DNA from: Actinopolymorphaceae bacterium | Lineage (GTDB): Bacteria; Actinomycetota; Actinomycetes; Propionibacteriales; DAIQRJ01 | Reading direction: 5' to 3' | Assembly: GCA_036786375.1 (NCBI GenBank) | Contig: DAIQRJ010000007.1 | Coordinates: forward strand, 1,206-65,205 | Length of the DNA: 64,000 nt | Program-made: the position numbers and the translations under genes | Part shown: in pieces, positions 35,379 through 45,910 of the stretch | Numbering within the stretch: the first letter of the stretch is position 1 | Layout of the letters: each line of letters starts with the position of its first letter | Notes under the pieces: generated by a model | What the model saw: only the letters and a program-made list of their open reading frames with translations | The model's database searches: none | Told to the model about the DNA's origin: nothing

Positions 35379-36806
35379 ATGACCACCAACGACCACGACA
35401 GCACCACCGGCCCGGCCGGCCCCGGCCCGGGCGGCACGACCACGACCGACGGTTCGGCACCCGCTCCCGTCGGCCACACGTCGGGCTGGTCCGACAGCGG
35501 ATTCGACGCCGAGTCGGCCAAGCAGACGTTCACGCGGCCCGAGGGCCTGCGCCGCAGCCGGACCGACCGCAAGGTCGCCGGCGTCTGCGGCGGACTCGGG
35601 CTCCAGCTCGGCATCGACCCGACGATCGTCCGGGTCGCGATGGTCGTGCTGACGATCGCCGGCGGCGTCGGCATCCCGCTCTACATCATCCTGGCGCTGC
35701 TCATGCCCAACGAGGGCGCCGACACCACGACGGTCGGCAACGCCGTCGGCCCGCACCTGCCCGAGCAGGTACGCAGCGGACCCGGGCTCGCCATCCTCGT
35801 CGTCGTGCTGACCCTGATCCTCGGCGCCGTCTTCGGCGGCGCGTTCAACAACCAGTTCTGGGATCACGGCGGCTGGCCCTGGCCGCTGATCGCCGCAGGT
35901 GTCATCGGCTGGCTGGTGTACCGCAAGCGCAAGAGCGGCGGCACCACCGCCGGTGCCGACGCGACACGGGCAGCCGCGACGGCCGCTCGGCCGCCGGCCG
36001 GCTACTGGGCCGCCGTCCCCGCGGACCCGGCCGACCCGGGCGCACCCGGTCCGGAGTTCTGGTCACGGCCCGACCCGCTCGGCCTGTACGACCCGCCGGC
36101 CGGCGTCGTTGCGCCGGCACCCGTGCGGGCTGTGGTCAGGACCAAGCGCGCACCGATCCTGATGATCCTCACGACCCTGTTCCTCGCGGCCGTCTCGGTC
36201 GCCTGTCTCGGACTGTTCACTGCCGCCGGCGCCACCGTCGCACCCGTGCTGTTCGCGGCGGTCCCCGCATTGATCGTCGGCGCCGGCCTGTTGATCGCCT
36301 CGCGGCTGGGCGGCTCACGCCTCCTCGTCGTCGCGGCTGTTGCACTCGGGCTGACCACGGCGGGTGTCACCCAGGCCGACCTCCCGTCGAACCTCGCCTC
36401 CGGGGCCTGGTCGCGGATGGGCACCAGCACGGTCTACGCACCGGCCACCCTCGCCGGGGCGCAGGCGATCACCTCGCTCCCGGACGGCCGGAACAAGCTC
36501 GACCTCCGCGGCGTCGACTTCGGCAGCGGGACGACGACCCTCGACCTCTCGCTCACCGACGGCGCGGTCGAGGTGATCCTCCCGGAGAACCTCGACGTCA
36601 GCGCCACCCTCCACGTAGCACCCCACGGCTGGGGCGCTGTCGGCGCGGATCACAACCGGTTCCAGAGCACCGCCGGCGGGAACAGCGGGAAGAGCCTCAA
36701 CACCACCGACGACGGCATCGACGGGGCCAACGCGAACGGCCCGCACCTGAACCTCGACGTCGCCATCGACCACGGCGCCGTGGTCCTCGAGAGGAGCAAC
36801 TCATGA
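35379..36806 (+). CDS. PspC-domain membrane protein with LiaF-like C-terminal domain
   Basis: PspC motif reads RTDRKVAGVCGGLGLQLGIDPTIVRVAMVVLTIAGGVGIPLYIILALLMP. It has at least 5 more TM helices and a beta-rich C-terminus (LDLRGVDFGSGTTTLDLSLTDGAVEVILPENLDVSA). An alternative start lies at 35343. Confidence 0.75.
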   Translation: MTTNDHDSTTGPAGPGPGGTTTTDGSAPAPVGHTSGWSDSGFDAESAKQTFTRPEGLRRSRTDRKVAGVCGGLGLQLGIDPTIVRVAMVVLTIAGGVGIPLYIILALLMPNEGADTTTVGNAVGPHLPEQVRSGPGLAILVVVLTLILGAVFGGAFNNQFWDHGGWPWPLIAAGVIGWLVYRKRKSGGTTAGADATRAAATAARPPAGYWAAVPADPADPGAPGPEFWSRPDPLGLYDPPAGVVAPAPVRAVVRTKRAPILMILTTLFLAAVSVACLGLFTAAGATVAPVLFAAVPALIVGAGLLIASRLGGSRLLVVAAVALGLTTAGVTQADLPSNLASGAWSRMGTSTVYAPATLAGAQAITSLPDGRNKLDLRGVDFGSGTTTLDLSLTDGAVEVILPENLDVSATLHVAPHGWGAVGADHNRFQSTAGGNSGKSLNTTDDGIDGANANGPHLNLDVAIDHGAVVLERSNS

Positions 36807-37018
36807 GCACCGACCTGACCGGCACCCCGCCGGCTCCCGTCGTCCGTACCGAGGTGGGGAACGGTCGCGGCAGCCTGATCGTCGGGCTGACCGTCGTCGC
36901 GATCGCCCTGTTCTCGCTGGTGATCCTCGCGACCGGACTGCCCGCCCACATGATGGCGTGGTTCGCCCCGACCGCACTCATCACCGCAGGCGTGTTCGGG
37001 TTGGTGCAACGTCGATGA
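36803..37018 (+). CDS. Small two-helix membrane protein
   Basis: 71 aa. Its ATG overlaps the upstream stop (ATGA). GC3 is high and there are two hydrophobic helices. Confidence 0.5.
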   Translation: MSTDLTGTPPAPVVRTEVGNGRGSLIVGLTVVAIALFSLVILATGLPAHMMAWFAPTALITAGVFGLVQRR

Positions 37019-37107
37019 CGACGAACCAGCCCGAAGACGCAGATCTACCCGAACGGCACTCCACCAACATTCAATCCAGCAACGACATCACTCACGAGGA
37101 GAACAGC

Positions 37108-37368
37108 ATGACCAACCCCCAGCAGACCCCGCTCCACGACGTCACCGGCGCTCCGAGCCCGTCGCAGGACAAGCCGGTGCCGAAGAAGCTCACCCGGGAC
37201 ACGTCCACCAAGATGGTGGCCGGTGTGTGCAGCGGCCTCGCCGACTACTTGAACGTCGACGCCACACTCGTCCGGCTCGGCTTCGTCGCCCTGACGATCA
37301 TCACCGGCGGCGTCGGCGCACTCGCCTACGTGGCCGGCTGGATCGTCATCCCGGAGCGCACCGCCTGA
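37108..37368 (+). CDS. Small PspC-domain protein
   Basis: Reads LTRDTSTKMVAGVCSGLADYLNVDATLVRLGFVALTIITGGVGALAYVAGWIVIPE. ATG 37108 is preceded by GAGGAG. An alternative coupled start at 37015 adds 31 codons of visibly lower GC3. Confidence 0.75.
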   Translation: MTNPQQTPLHDVTGAPSPSQDKPVPKKLTRDTSTKMVAGVCSGLADYLNVDATLVRLGFVALTIITGGVGALAYVAGWIVIPERTA

Positions 37369-37391
37369 CCGCTCGACCAGCGTCACCACGC

Positions 37392-37439
37392 AATGCAGAT
37401 CGACCCCGACCGGATGTCCGGACGGGGTCGATCTGCGTT
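37392..37439. terminator. Long hairpin between the convergent PspC gene and guaA
   Basis: GCAGATCGACCCCG (37395-37408) pairs perfectly with CGGGGTCGATCTGC (37423-37436). The 14-nt loop is itself CCGGA-TG-TCCGG. There is no U-tract, which is usual in high-GC actinobacteria. Confidence 0.6.
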
Positions 37440-37475
37440 ACAGCGTTGGCGAATCCGCCGGGTTGGTCCCGGCGT

Positions 37476-39053
<1,578 letters not shown>

Positions 39054-39095
39054 GTATGGCCTTTCGGTGCCGGCGAGACGCCAACACTACCGGCG

Positions 39096-40112
39096 TCAGA
39101 TCCACCGGCCGTCGACGACAGAGGCGAACCAGCCCGGCATCGAGTCGGCCCAGCCCATCGCCGCCGCGGCGCGCTGGTCGCCCGCGAACATCCGCCGCCA
39201 CGACTCGGCCCGGCCGATCCGCGCGAGCAGCAGCACCGACGGCAACACCCCGCGCAGGTCGGCGAGCGTCCGGCCCGGGCCGGTGAAGGGCTCGAGATAG
39301 GCGTCGACGAGCCGTGCGAGCTCGGGCCGTTCGGTGGCGGTGTCGAGCCCGAGCCGGTTCGCGATCCCGTTCAGCGTCACCAGCAGGGTTCCGAACGGAT
39401 GGCCGAGATAGGAGTCGCCCCAGTCGATGATGCTGAACCCGCGGGGGTCGCCGGTGCGGACGAAGACGTTGCCGTCGTGCAGGTCGTCGTGCTGGATGCT
39501 GATCCCGATCCCGGCAGCCTCGACCGCGTCCACCGCCTCCGCCACCAGTGCCTGGGTCCCGCACAACTGGGCGTAGGTCTCGAACGACATCTCCGGGCTG
39601 ATCCCCGGACGCAGCCACTCGTCCTCACCGAGCAGTTCGTCGAACAGCGCGGGGTGGTCAAGGGGCGCGACCAACGGGACGCCTGCGGCCACCAGGTCGG
39701 CAGCAAGTGGGACGGCCGCGAGCTGCAGCTCCGCATAGCGGGGCAGCAGATCCGCCCAGGTCGCCAGGGTGAGCCGGGCCCGCCCGGAGCCGGCGCCGTC
39801 GAGCTGTTCCCGCAGCCGTTCCCCGGCGTCGTGCATCAGCAGCCGGGACCGAGCCGGGTCGACTGCCACCGGCTCGTCGACGAGTGGGCTGATCTGTGCC
39901 AGGGCAGCGGATAACGCGGGTTCGTGGCGGCCCGAGAGCCGGTTCTCCTTGAACCACCAGCACTCGTCCCCACCCGAGGCCGGCGTGAGTTCCCACACGC
40001 CGCTCCACGGTCGGATGCGTGACGACGAGACGGTGACCTCGGCCCCGCCCAGAGCGTCGGCGACCCAGCGCTGCGCATCCTCGGGCAATGGCTGTACCGG
40101 CTCCTCGTCCAT
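39096..40112 (-). CDS. Phosphotransferase (APH/choline-kinase-like) family protein
   Basis: Contains IQHDDLHDGNVFV (catalytic loop) and IIDWGDSYLGHPF (DxG). The start was chosen at MDEEPVQ; alternatives lie 27-42 nt upstream. Confidence 0.7.
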   Translation of the reverse strand: MDEEPVQPLPEDAQRWVADALGGAEVTVSSSRIRPWSGVWELTPASGGDECWWFKENRLSGRHEPALSAALAQISPLVDEPVAVDPARSRLLMHDAGERLREQLDGAGSGRARLTLATWADLLPRYAELQLAAVPLAADLVAAGVPLVAPLDHPALFDELLGEDEWLRPGISPEMSFETYAQLCGTQALVAEAVDAVEAAGIGISIQHDDLHDGNVFVRTGDPRGFSIIDWGDSYLGHPFGTLLVTLNGIANRLGLDTATERPELARLVDAYLEPFTGPGRTLADLRGVLPSVLLLARIGRAESWRRMFAGDQRAAAAMGWADSMPGWFASVVDGRWI

Positions 40113-40214
40113 GGCGCCCGACCCTAGCTGCGAGGCCATCGCGACGATCGGCAATCCCGTTGCCGGGCAGGCCGTTTATCCATTCGTCAGGCCGCCCTGC
40201 ACACCCCTACCGTT

Positions 40215-41972
40215 GTGGGTCGTATGCGCAACCTGCCTCTTGCCGATCCCGGCACACCTAGTACCCGCTCAGCCGCACGCTTCCTCTGGTGGAACGTGCG
40301 GTTGCAGATCGGCACGCTCCTGGTCGGCATGCTGCTCTCGTCGTTCTGGATGGCCAGCGGCGCGTTCGGGCCGGCCATCATCGGCAAGGCCGTCGACCAG
40401 GGCATCCTCGGCGGCGACACGAGCCGGCTGATCTGGTGGGGCGTGGCGTTGTTCGGCACCGGCCTCGTCTCCGCGATCGCGGGCATCCTCGGCCACCGCA
40501 ACGCCGTACAGCGCTGGCTGACCGCGTCCTACACGACGATCCAGCTCGTCGCCCGGCAGGCCACCCGGCTCGGCGCCCAGCTCCCCCAGCAGATCCCGAC
40601 CGGCGAGGTCATCTCGGTGGGCGCATCCGACGTCAACCACATCGGCAACTTCATGGAGACGCTGAGCCGTGCGTTCGCTGCGCTGGTCTCCTTCGTCGTC
40701 GTCGCGGTCATCCTGCTGACGATCTCGGTGCCGTTCGGGCTGCTCGTCCTGATCGGCGCTCCGGTGCTGCTCGCACTGAGCACGCCGTTGCTCAAACCCC
40801 TGCACACACGGCAGGGACGGCACCGCGCGGCCATCGGCCAGCTCTCCACCCAGGGCACCGACATCGTCTCCGGGCTCCGCGTGCTGCGCGGCATCGGCGG
40901 CGAGGACACGTTCGCCCGCAACTACAACGCCACCTCCCAGACCGTGCGCCGCAACGGTGTCGGCGTCGGCGGCATGCAGGCCCTGATCGACGCGTCCGGC
41001 GTCCTCGTGTCGGGCGTCTTCGTCGTCCTGCTGACATGGCTCGGTGCCCGCTCGGTGGTCACCGGTGACCTGACGGTCGGCCAGCTCGTCGCGCTCTACG
41101 GCTACGCGGCCTTCCTGATGAACCCGCTGCGGACGGCGTTCGACTTCGCCGACCGCGTCGTCCGCGCGCTGGTGGCCGGCAAGCGGGTGGTGCGCGTGCT
41201 CGGTCTGACCGCCGACCTCGTCAGCCCGACCGACCCGCAGCCGGTGCCGCTCAGCGGCATCCTGCGCCAGCCAGGTCTGGGCGACGTGGTCGATTCCGAG
41301 TCGGGTTTCCGTGCGCCGGCCGGCAGCCTGACCGCGATCGTCTCCGACGTCCCCGAGGACGCCGCCGCGCTGGCCGACCGGCTCGGACGCTACGTTGACC
41401 CGGCGCACGGCACCGTCACGCTGGCCGGGATTTCCCTGCAGGACATGGCAATCGACGACGTCCGACGCACGATCGTGGTGAACGACACCGCGACCGCGAT
41501 GTTCGCCGGGACGCTGCGCGACCAGCTCGACGTGCACCATGACCACACCGACGCCGAGCTGCTGGATGCCCTGCACCTGGCCGCGGCGGAGGACATCCTC
41601 GACGCGGTCGTCGACGGCCTGGACAGCGAGATCGAGGAGAAGGGCCGAGGGTTCTCCGGCGGCCAGCGGCAACGGCTGATCCTGGCCCGGGCGCTGCTCC
41701 TGGATCCCGAGGTGCTGGTGCTGGTCGAGCCGACGTCGGCCGTCGACGCGCACACCGAGGCCCGGATCGCCGAGCGCGTGCACGACTCCCGTCGTGGTCG
41801 CACCACGATCGTCGTGTCGTCGAGCCCGCTGATCCTGGCGCGCTCGGACCTGGTCGTGCTGCTGTCCGGCGGCAAGGCCGTCGCCACCGGCGACCACCAC
41901 CACCTGCTCAACGACGACCGATTCTACCGGTCGGTCGTCACCCGCGAAACCGAACCGGAGGTACGGACGTGA
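40215..41972 (+). CDS. ABC exporter half-transporter (TMD-NBD) with degenerate NBD
   Basis: Six-helix TMD. The NBD has the signature FSGGQRQR, but AIVSDVPEDAAALADRL replaces Walker A, LVLVEPTS replaces Walker B D-E, and VVSSSPL replaces the H-loop. Confidence 0.85.
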   Translation: MGRMRNLPLADPGTPSTRSAARFLWWNVRLQIGTLLVGMLLSSFWMASGAFGPAIIGKAVDQGILGGDTSRLIWWGVALFGTGLVSAIAGILGHRNAVQRWLTASYTTIQLVARQATRLGAQLPQQIPTGEVISVGASDVNHIGNFMETLSRAFAALVSFVVVAVILLTISVPFGLLVLIGAPVLLALSTPLLKPLHTRQGRHRAAIGQLSTQGTDIVSGLRVLRGIGGEDTFARNYNATSQTVRRNGVGVGGMQALIDASGVLVSGVFVVLLTWLGARSVVTGDLTVGQLVALYGYAAFLMNPLRTAFDFADRVVRALVAGKRVVRVLGLTADLVSPTDPQPVPLSGILRQPGLGDVVDSESGFRAPAGSLTAIVSDVPEDAAALADRLGRYVDPAHGTVTLAGISLQDMAIDDVRRTIVVNDTATAMFAGTLRDQLDVHHDHTDAELLDALHLAAAEDILDAVVDGLDSEIEEKGRGFSGGQRQRLILARALLLDPEVLVLVEPTSAVDAHTEARIAERVHDSRRGRTTIVVSSSPLILARSDLVVLLSGGKAVATGDHHHLLNDDRFYRSVVTRETEPEVRT

Positions 41973-43708
41973 GCAGCACCCAGCTCCCCGTCGCCGACGC
42001 GCCGGCGGTCAAGCGCTACGCCCGAACGCTGATCAGGGAGTACCCGCGCGAGCTCGGTCTGGTCGTCGTCCTCTACGGCGTCACCGCGGTCGCCGGCCTC
42101 GGTGCACCCCGGCTGCTCGGCTCGATGGTCGAGCACGCGGTCACCGACAAGACGGTGGCCGGCGTGGACAAGATCGCCATCGTCCTGGCGGTGTTCGTCC
42201 TCGGCCAGACCGTGATGACGGCTGTGGCGCGGTACGCGGCGTCGGTGCTCGGCGAGAAGGTGTTCGCCCGGCTGCGGGAGGAGTTCGTCCGCAACGTGCT
42301 CGATCTGCCGCTCTCGACGGTCGAGCGGGCCGGCTCGGGCGACCTGCTCACCCGGATGGTCCGTGACATCGATGCGCTGTCGAACAGCGTGCGGTTCGCG
42401 GTTCCGCAGACGCTGATCGCCCTGGTGACGACGGCGCTGACGCTCGGCGCGCTGCTTCTGGTCGGGCCGCTGCTGGCGCTGCCATGCCTGGTCTCGGTGC
42501 CGATCATCTACTACTCGACGCGCTGGTACCTGCGTCGCGCGCCGGCCGGCTACATCCGGGAGAACGCGAGCTACAGCCGGATCAACTCGTCGCTGACCGA
42601 GACGATCGACGGTGCCCGCACGGTCGAAGCGCTGGGCACCCAGGCCGAGCGGGTCGCGCAGACCGACGAGGACATCCGCAGCAGCTGGAAGGCCGAGCGG
42701 TTCACCCTCTACCTGCGCACCGTCTGGTTCCCGACGGTCGAGATCGGCTACATCCTCCCGGTGGTCGTGACGATGCTGTTCGGCGGGTTCATGTACAGCC
42801 AGGGACACGCCACCATCGGACAGGTGACGGCGGCGACGCTCTACGTCCAGCAGCTGATCGGCCCGGTCGACGAGCTGATCTCCTGGCTGGACGAACTGCA
42901 GATCGGTGCGGCGTCGATGGCGCGGCTGCTCGGGGTGGCGCAGGTGCCGGCCGACCGCGAGCCGTCCGGCGAGCACCCGACCGACCAGCGGATCGAAGCG
43001 CGTGACATCCACTACGCCTACCGGGAGGGGCACGACGTCCTCAAGGGTATCGACCTCCAGCTGCGGCCGGGTGAGCGGCTCGCGATCGTCGGGCCGAGCG
43101 GGGCGGGCAAGTCGACCCTCGGCCGCCTGCTGGCCGGGATCCACGGACCGACCCACGGCGAGGTCACCGTCGGCGGGGTCGAGCTCGTCGAGCTGCCGTT
43201 GGGCGAGCTGCGCGGCGAGGTGGCCCTGGTGACCCAGGAGCACCACGTCTTCGTCGGGACGGTCCGCGACAACGTCGGCCTGGCCCGGCCGAACTCGACC
43301 GACGACCAGGTGATCACCGCGCTGCGCGCTGTCGACGCCTGGGACTGGGTGGAGCGGCTGGAGAAGGGGCTGGACACGAAGGTCGGCTCCGGTGAGCTGG
43401 CGCTCTCCCCCGCCCAGGCCCAGCAGGTCGCGCTCGCGCGGCTGGTGCTGGCCGACCCGCACACGCTGGTGCTCGACGAGGCGACGTCGCTGATCGACCC
43501 GCGTGCGGCCCGTCACCTCGAGCGGTCGCTGTCAGCGGTCGTCGAAGGCCGGACGGTGGTCGCGATCGCGCACCGGCTGCACACCGCGCACGACGCGGAC
43601 CGGGTGGCGGTGGTCGAGGACGGCCTGATCAGCGAGATCGGCAGCCACGACGAGCTGGTCGAGGCCGACGGCGCCTACGCCGCACTGTGGCGGAGCTGGC
43701 GGTCCTGA
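41969..43708 (+). CDS. ABC exporter half-transporter (TMD-NBD) with consensus ATPase motifs
   Basis: Walker A is GPSGAGKST, Walker B is TLVLDEATS, and the H-loop is IAHRLH. The signature motif is degenerate (LSPAQAQQ). The GTG overlaps the upstream stop by 4 nt. Confidence 0.9.
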   Translation: MSSTQLPVADAPAVKRYARTLIREYPRELGLVVVLYGVTAVAGLGAPRLLGSMVEHAVTDKTVAGVDKIAIVLAVFVLGQTVMTAVARYAASVLGEKVFARLREEFVRNVLDLPLSTVERAGSGDLLTRMVRDIDALSNSVRFAVPQTLIALVTTALTLGALLLVGPLLALPCLVSVPIIYYSTRWYLRRAPAGYIRENASYSRINSSLTETIDGARTVEALGTQAERVAQTDEDIRSSWKAERFTLYLRTVWFPTVEIGYILPVVVTMLFGGFMYSQGHATIGQVTAATLYVQQLIGPVDELISWLDELQIGAASMARLLGVAQVPADREPSGEHPTDQRIEARDIHYAYREGHDVLKGIDLQLRPGERLAIVGPSGAGKSTLGRLLAGIHGPTHGEVTVGGVELVELPLGELRGEVALVTQEHHVFVGTVRDNVGLARPNSTDDQVITALRAVDAWDWVERLEKGLDTKVGSGELALSPAQAQQVALARLVLADPHTLVLDEATSLIDPRAARHLERSLSAVVEGRTVVAIAHRLHTAHDADRVAVVEDGLISEIGSHDELVEADGAYAALWRSWRS

Positions 43709-44330
43709 CACTCAACCCGTGACGGCGGGGCCTGCCCGCCGGGAGATCCCGGTCGGTCAGACGAACCGTGCGCACGCACGCACTTCCCGCCTGACTCGTC
43801 GGGCCCGCCACGTAGTCGTAGAGGTTCGTGTGCACGGCCCAGAGGCGTTCGACGAGCGCCTTCAGCGCCGGGCGCAACGTCTCGTAGCCGAGCACGGTGT
43901 TGGCCCAGACGGTCGTGCCGCGGTGGGTCGGCAGCTGCACGGCGCGCAGCAGGCTGATCGCCGGGATGCGGTCGACGAAGGTGACGTCGGTGTGCCAGCT
44001 GTTGGCCTTGCCGTGGGTTGAATCGATCGGGAGGACAGCGTTCTCGCTGCCGCGGACGGTGGGATGCGGAAGTGTGGGCGTGCCGAGCAGGCGGGCGAAC
44101 TCGTACTAGGACGCGTCGTCGAGGTGACCCTGGCCGGAGAAGAAGACGACCTTGTTCGCCAGCAGGGCGCGGCGGATCTCGGCCACGGCCGCGGCCGGTA
44201 CGTCGCCGCCGAGTTCGACGCCGCCGATGCGGGCGCCGATCGATTCGGTGACCTTCGAGACGGTGATGTGGTCGTAGCCGGGGTCAAGCGCCGCGCTCAG
44301 CTCGGTGGGACGGCTTTCGGTGATGGTCAT
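43709..44330 (-). pseudogene. TauD/TfdA-family Fe(II)/2-oxoglutarate dioxygenase, with an in-frame amber codon and 3' truncation
   Basis: One reading frame gives MTITESRP...[15 protein letters not shown](44106-44108)-YEFARLLGTP...NSWHTDVTFVDRIPAISLLRAV...GTTVWANTVLGYE...AVHTNLYDY. Homology then stops about 80 codons early, where the frame runs into the end of the ABC gene. Confidence 0.8.
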
Positions 44331-44718
44331 GACGATTCCTCACGTGGGTTGGGGTTGAGAGCCCCCATTGGGGATGATCCAGTGGTGGGGCGGGTGGAGC
44401 GAAGGGTGTTGGAAGCCGGTGGACAGCTCGTGCGGCGATGGGCCGGCACGGTCCGGTGAGAGGCTGCAGTGTCAGCGACAGGGACGACAGTGGTGCTGCC
44501 GGCACATTCGACAGCAGCGCGTCTCTTTCCTACGTTTCATTGTTTACTAGTCGGGAATTAGGGAACGCTTGACAAGTATCTTTCACATTCCGGGACGACC
44601 GTCCACTTAGCGAGACGCACCTCGATGGCGGCTGCCCAGCACCGGCATGCATGCCGGCTCTGGTGAACCTCGCCGATCGGATACGGAACCGGCGTCGGTC
44701 CGGTAGCGTCGAACTGCC

Positions 44719-45321
44719 ATGAACCGGAACTCCTGGCGGCTCGGTCCGCTCCCCCACCGTCGAGCTGTTGCCGCCGTCGTGGCGCTCGGCGCGCTGATGG
44801 CTGGCATGCTGGCGGCGTGCGGTACTTCCGGCAATGGCGCCTCGGGCGGATCAGTCACGGCCACGCCCTCGGCCTCGGCGAGCCCGACCGTGGGTGAGCA
44901 GCTGGCCGGCGAGCTCGGTTACTTCCGCTCTGGTGGCATCGCGGGTTTCAGCGATCAGCTCACGGTGTCGCGCGACGGCGTCGCGGTTCTGCAGCGCCAC
45001 GGCAAGGAGATCGTGCGGTGCAAGGTCAAACCGGCACCGCTCGCGCAGCTGGCCCAGCTGCAGGCGGTGGCCGCGACGACGATCCCGTCACCGAGCAAGG
45101 GGCCTCGGAGCATGCCGCCGTCGCACCCGGACATGATGACGGTCGGCCTCGTCATCGACGGAACCCGTGTCCCGTCGAGCCTGCTGGGGTCGTCGCCGTC
45201 GGAGTGGCGCCAGCTGTTCGAGCAGATGTCGACGCTGTTCGAGGACGCGGTGGCGCTCAGCCCCGGCCGGACGCCCACGCCGTCGCCGAATGCATCCGCG
45301 AGCATGTGCGACCCGATCTGA
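44719..45321 (+). CDS. Hypothetical lipoprotein
   Basis: Signal peptide with lipobox MLAACG, a Ser/Ala/Thr-rich linker, and YFRSGGIAGFSDQLTV. No family is confidently recognised. Confidence 0.6.
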   Translation: MNRNSWRLGPLPHRRAVAAVVALGALMAGMLAACGTSGNGASGGSVTATPSASASPTVGEQLAGELGYFRSGGIAGFSDQLTVSRDGVAVLQRHGKEIVRCKVKPAPLAQLAQLQAVAATTIPSPSKGPRSMPPSHPDMMTVGLVIDGTRVPSSLLGSSPSEWRQLFEQMSTLFEDAVALSPGRTPTPSPNASASMCDPI

Positions 45322-45910
45322 GCCGCGACTCACGCAGCGGTCGGAGCGTGCGTCGGCGGCCGTCGTTCGAGAGGATAGGGCGTCACCGTCGATCGAGAGG
45401 AACCTTTTCCTCCACTTTCAAGAACGTGACTGCACCGGGAACCGCGAAGTCGACGGTCGACTCCCTTCGACGTCCGATGTTCATGTCGTTCCCTGTAATT
45501 GTTCCGCCTCTCAGCGATCAGATTGGCATCGCGGACTTTCTGGATGGCGAGATTGCGAAAATAGATAGGCTTACCCCGAAGCAGAACGAACTCGTCAGCG
45601 CACTGCACGAGTATCTTCGTGCAACGACGATGCGCCCCACGATGGAGTCGGGCCGTGGCTGGCACCGAACACGGGTCGGCCTCGCCCTGAAGAAGCTGAC
45701 ACGCTTGCCGTCCGAGACCGATCCGGTTGTTACGGCCCTTCGGGACGGCCAAATGACCAGCCGAGAAAATCGTCGCGAAGACGGATACACCGAGGCTTAT
45801 TCACGGTGGGTCGAATTGATGTCTGTCCGGCGTGTTGACGTGAACGGCGGCCCGTTTGTTAAGAGAATTGGGTTACCATACTCACTTCTCACGAGAACGG
45901 GCGGCCTAAT

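Noticed and set aside
37015-37107. A longer form of the small PspC gene starting at ATG 37015, coupled to the upstream stop.
   Set aside because: The extra 31 codons have visibly lower third-position G+C than surrounding genes. A strong GAGGAG RBS precedes ATG 37108. It is kept as an alternative only.
44106-44108. The in-frame TAG in the TauD gene as programmed recoding (for example pyrrolysine or readthrough).
   Set aside because: There is no supporting context for a Pyl system in an actinobacterium. The gene is also truncated at its 3' end, so simple pseudogenisation is the parsimonious reading.
44331-44530. A possible SAM-type riboswitch in the leader of the TauD pseudogene (GCCGGCAGCACC resembles GCCGGCAACC).
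   Set aside because: There is only one short resemblance. The pairing elements and other conserved cores are not evident.
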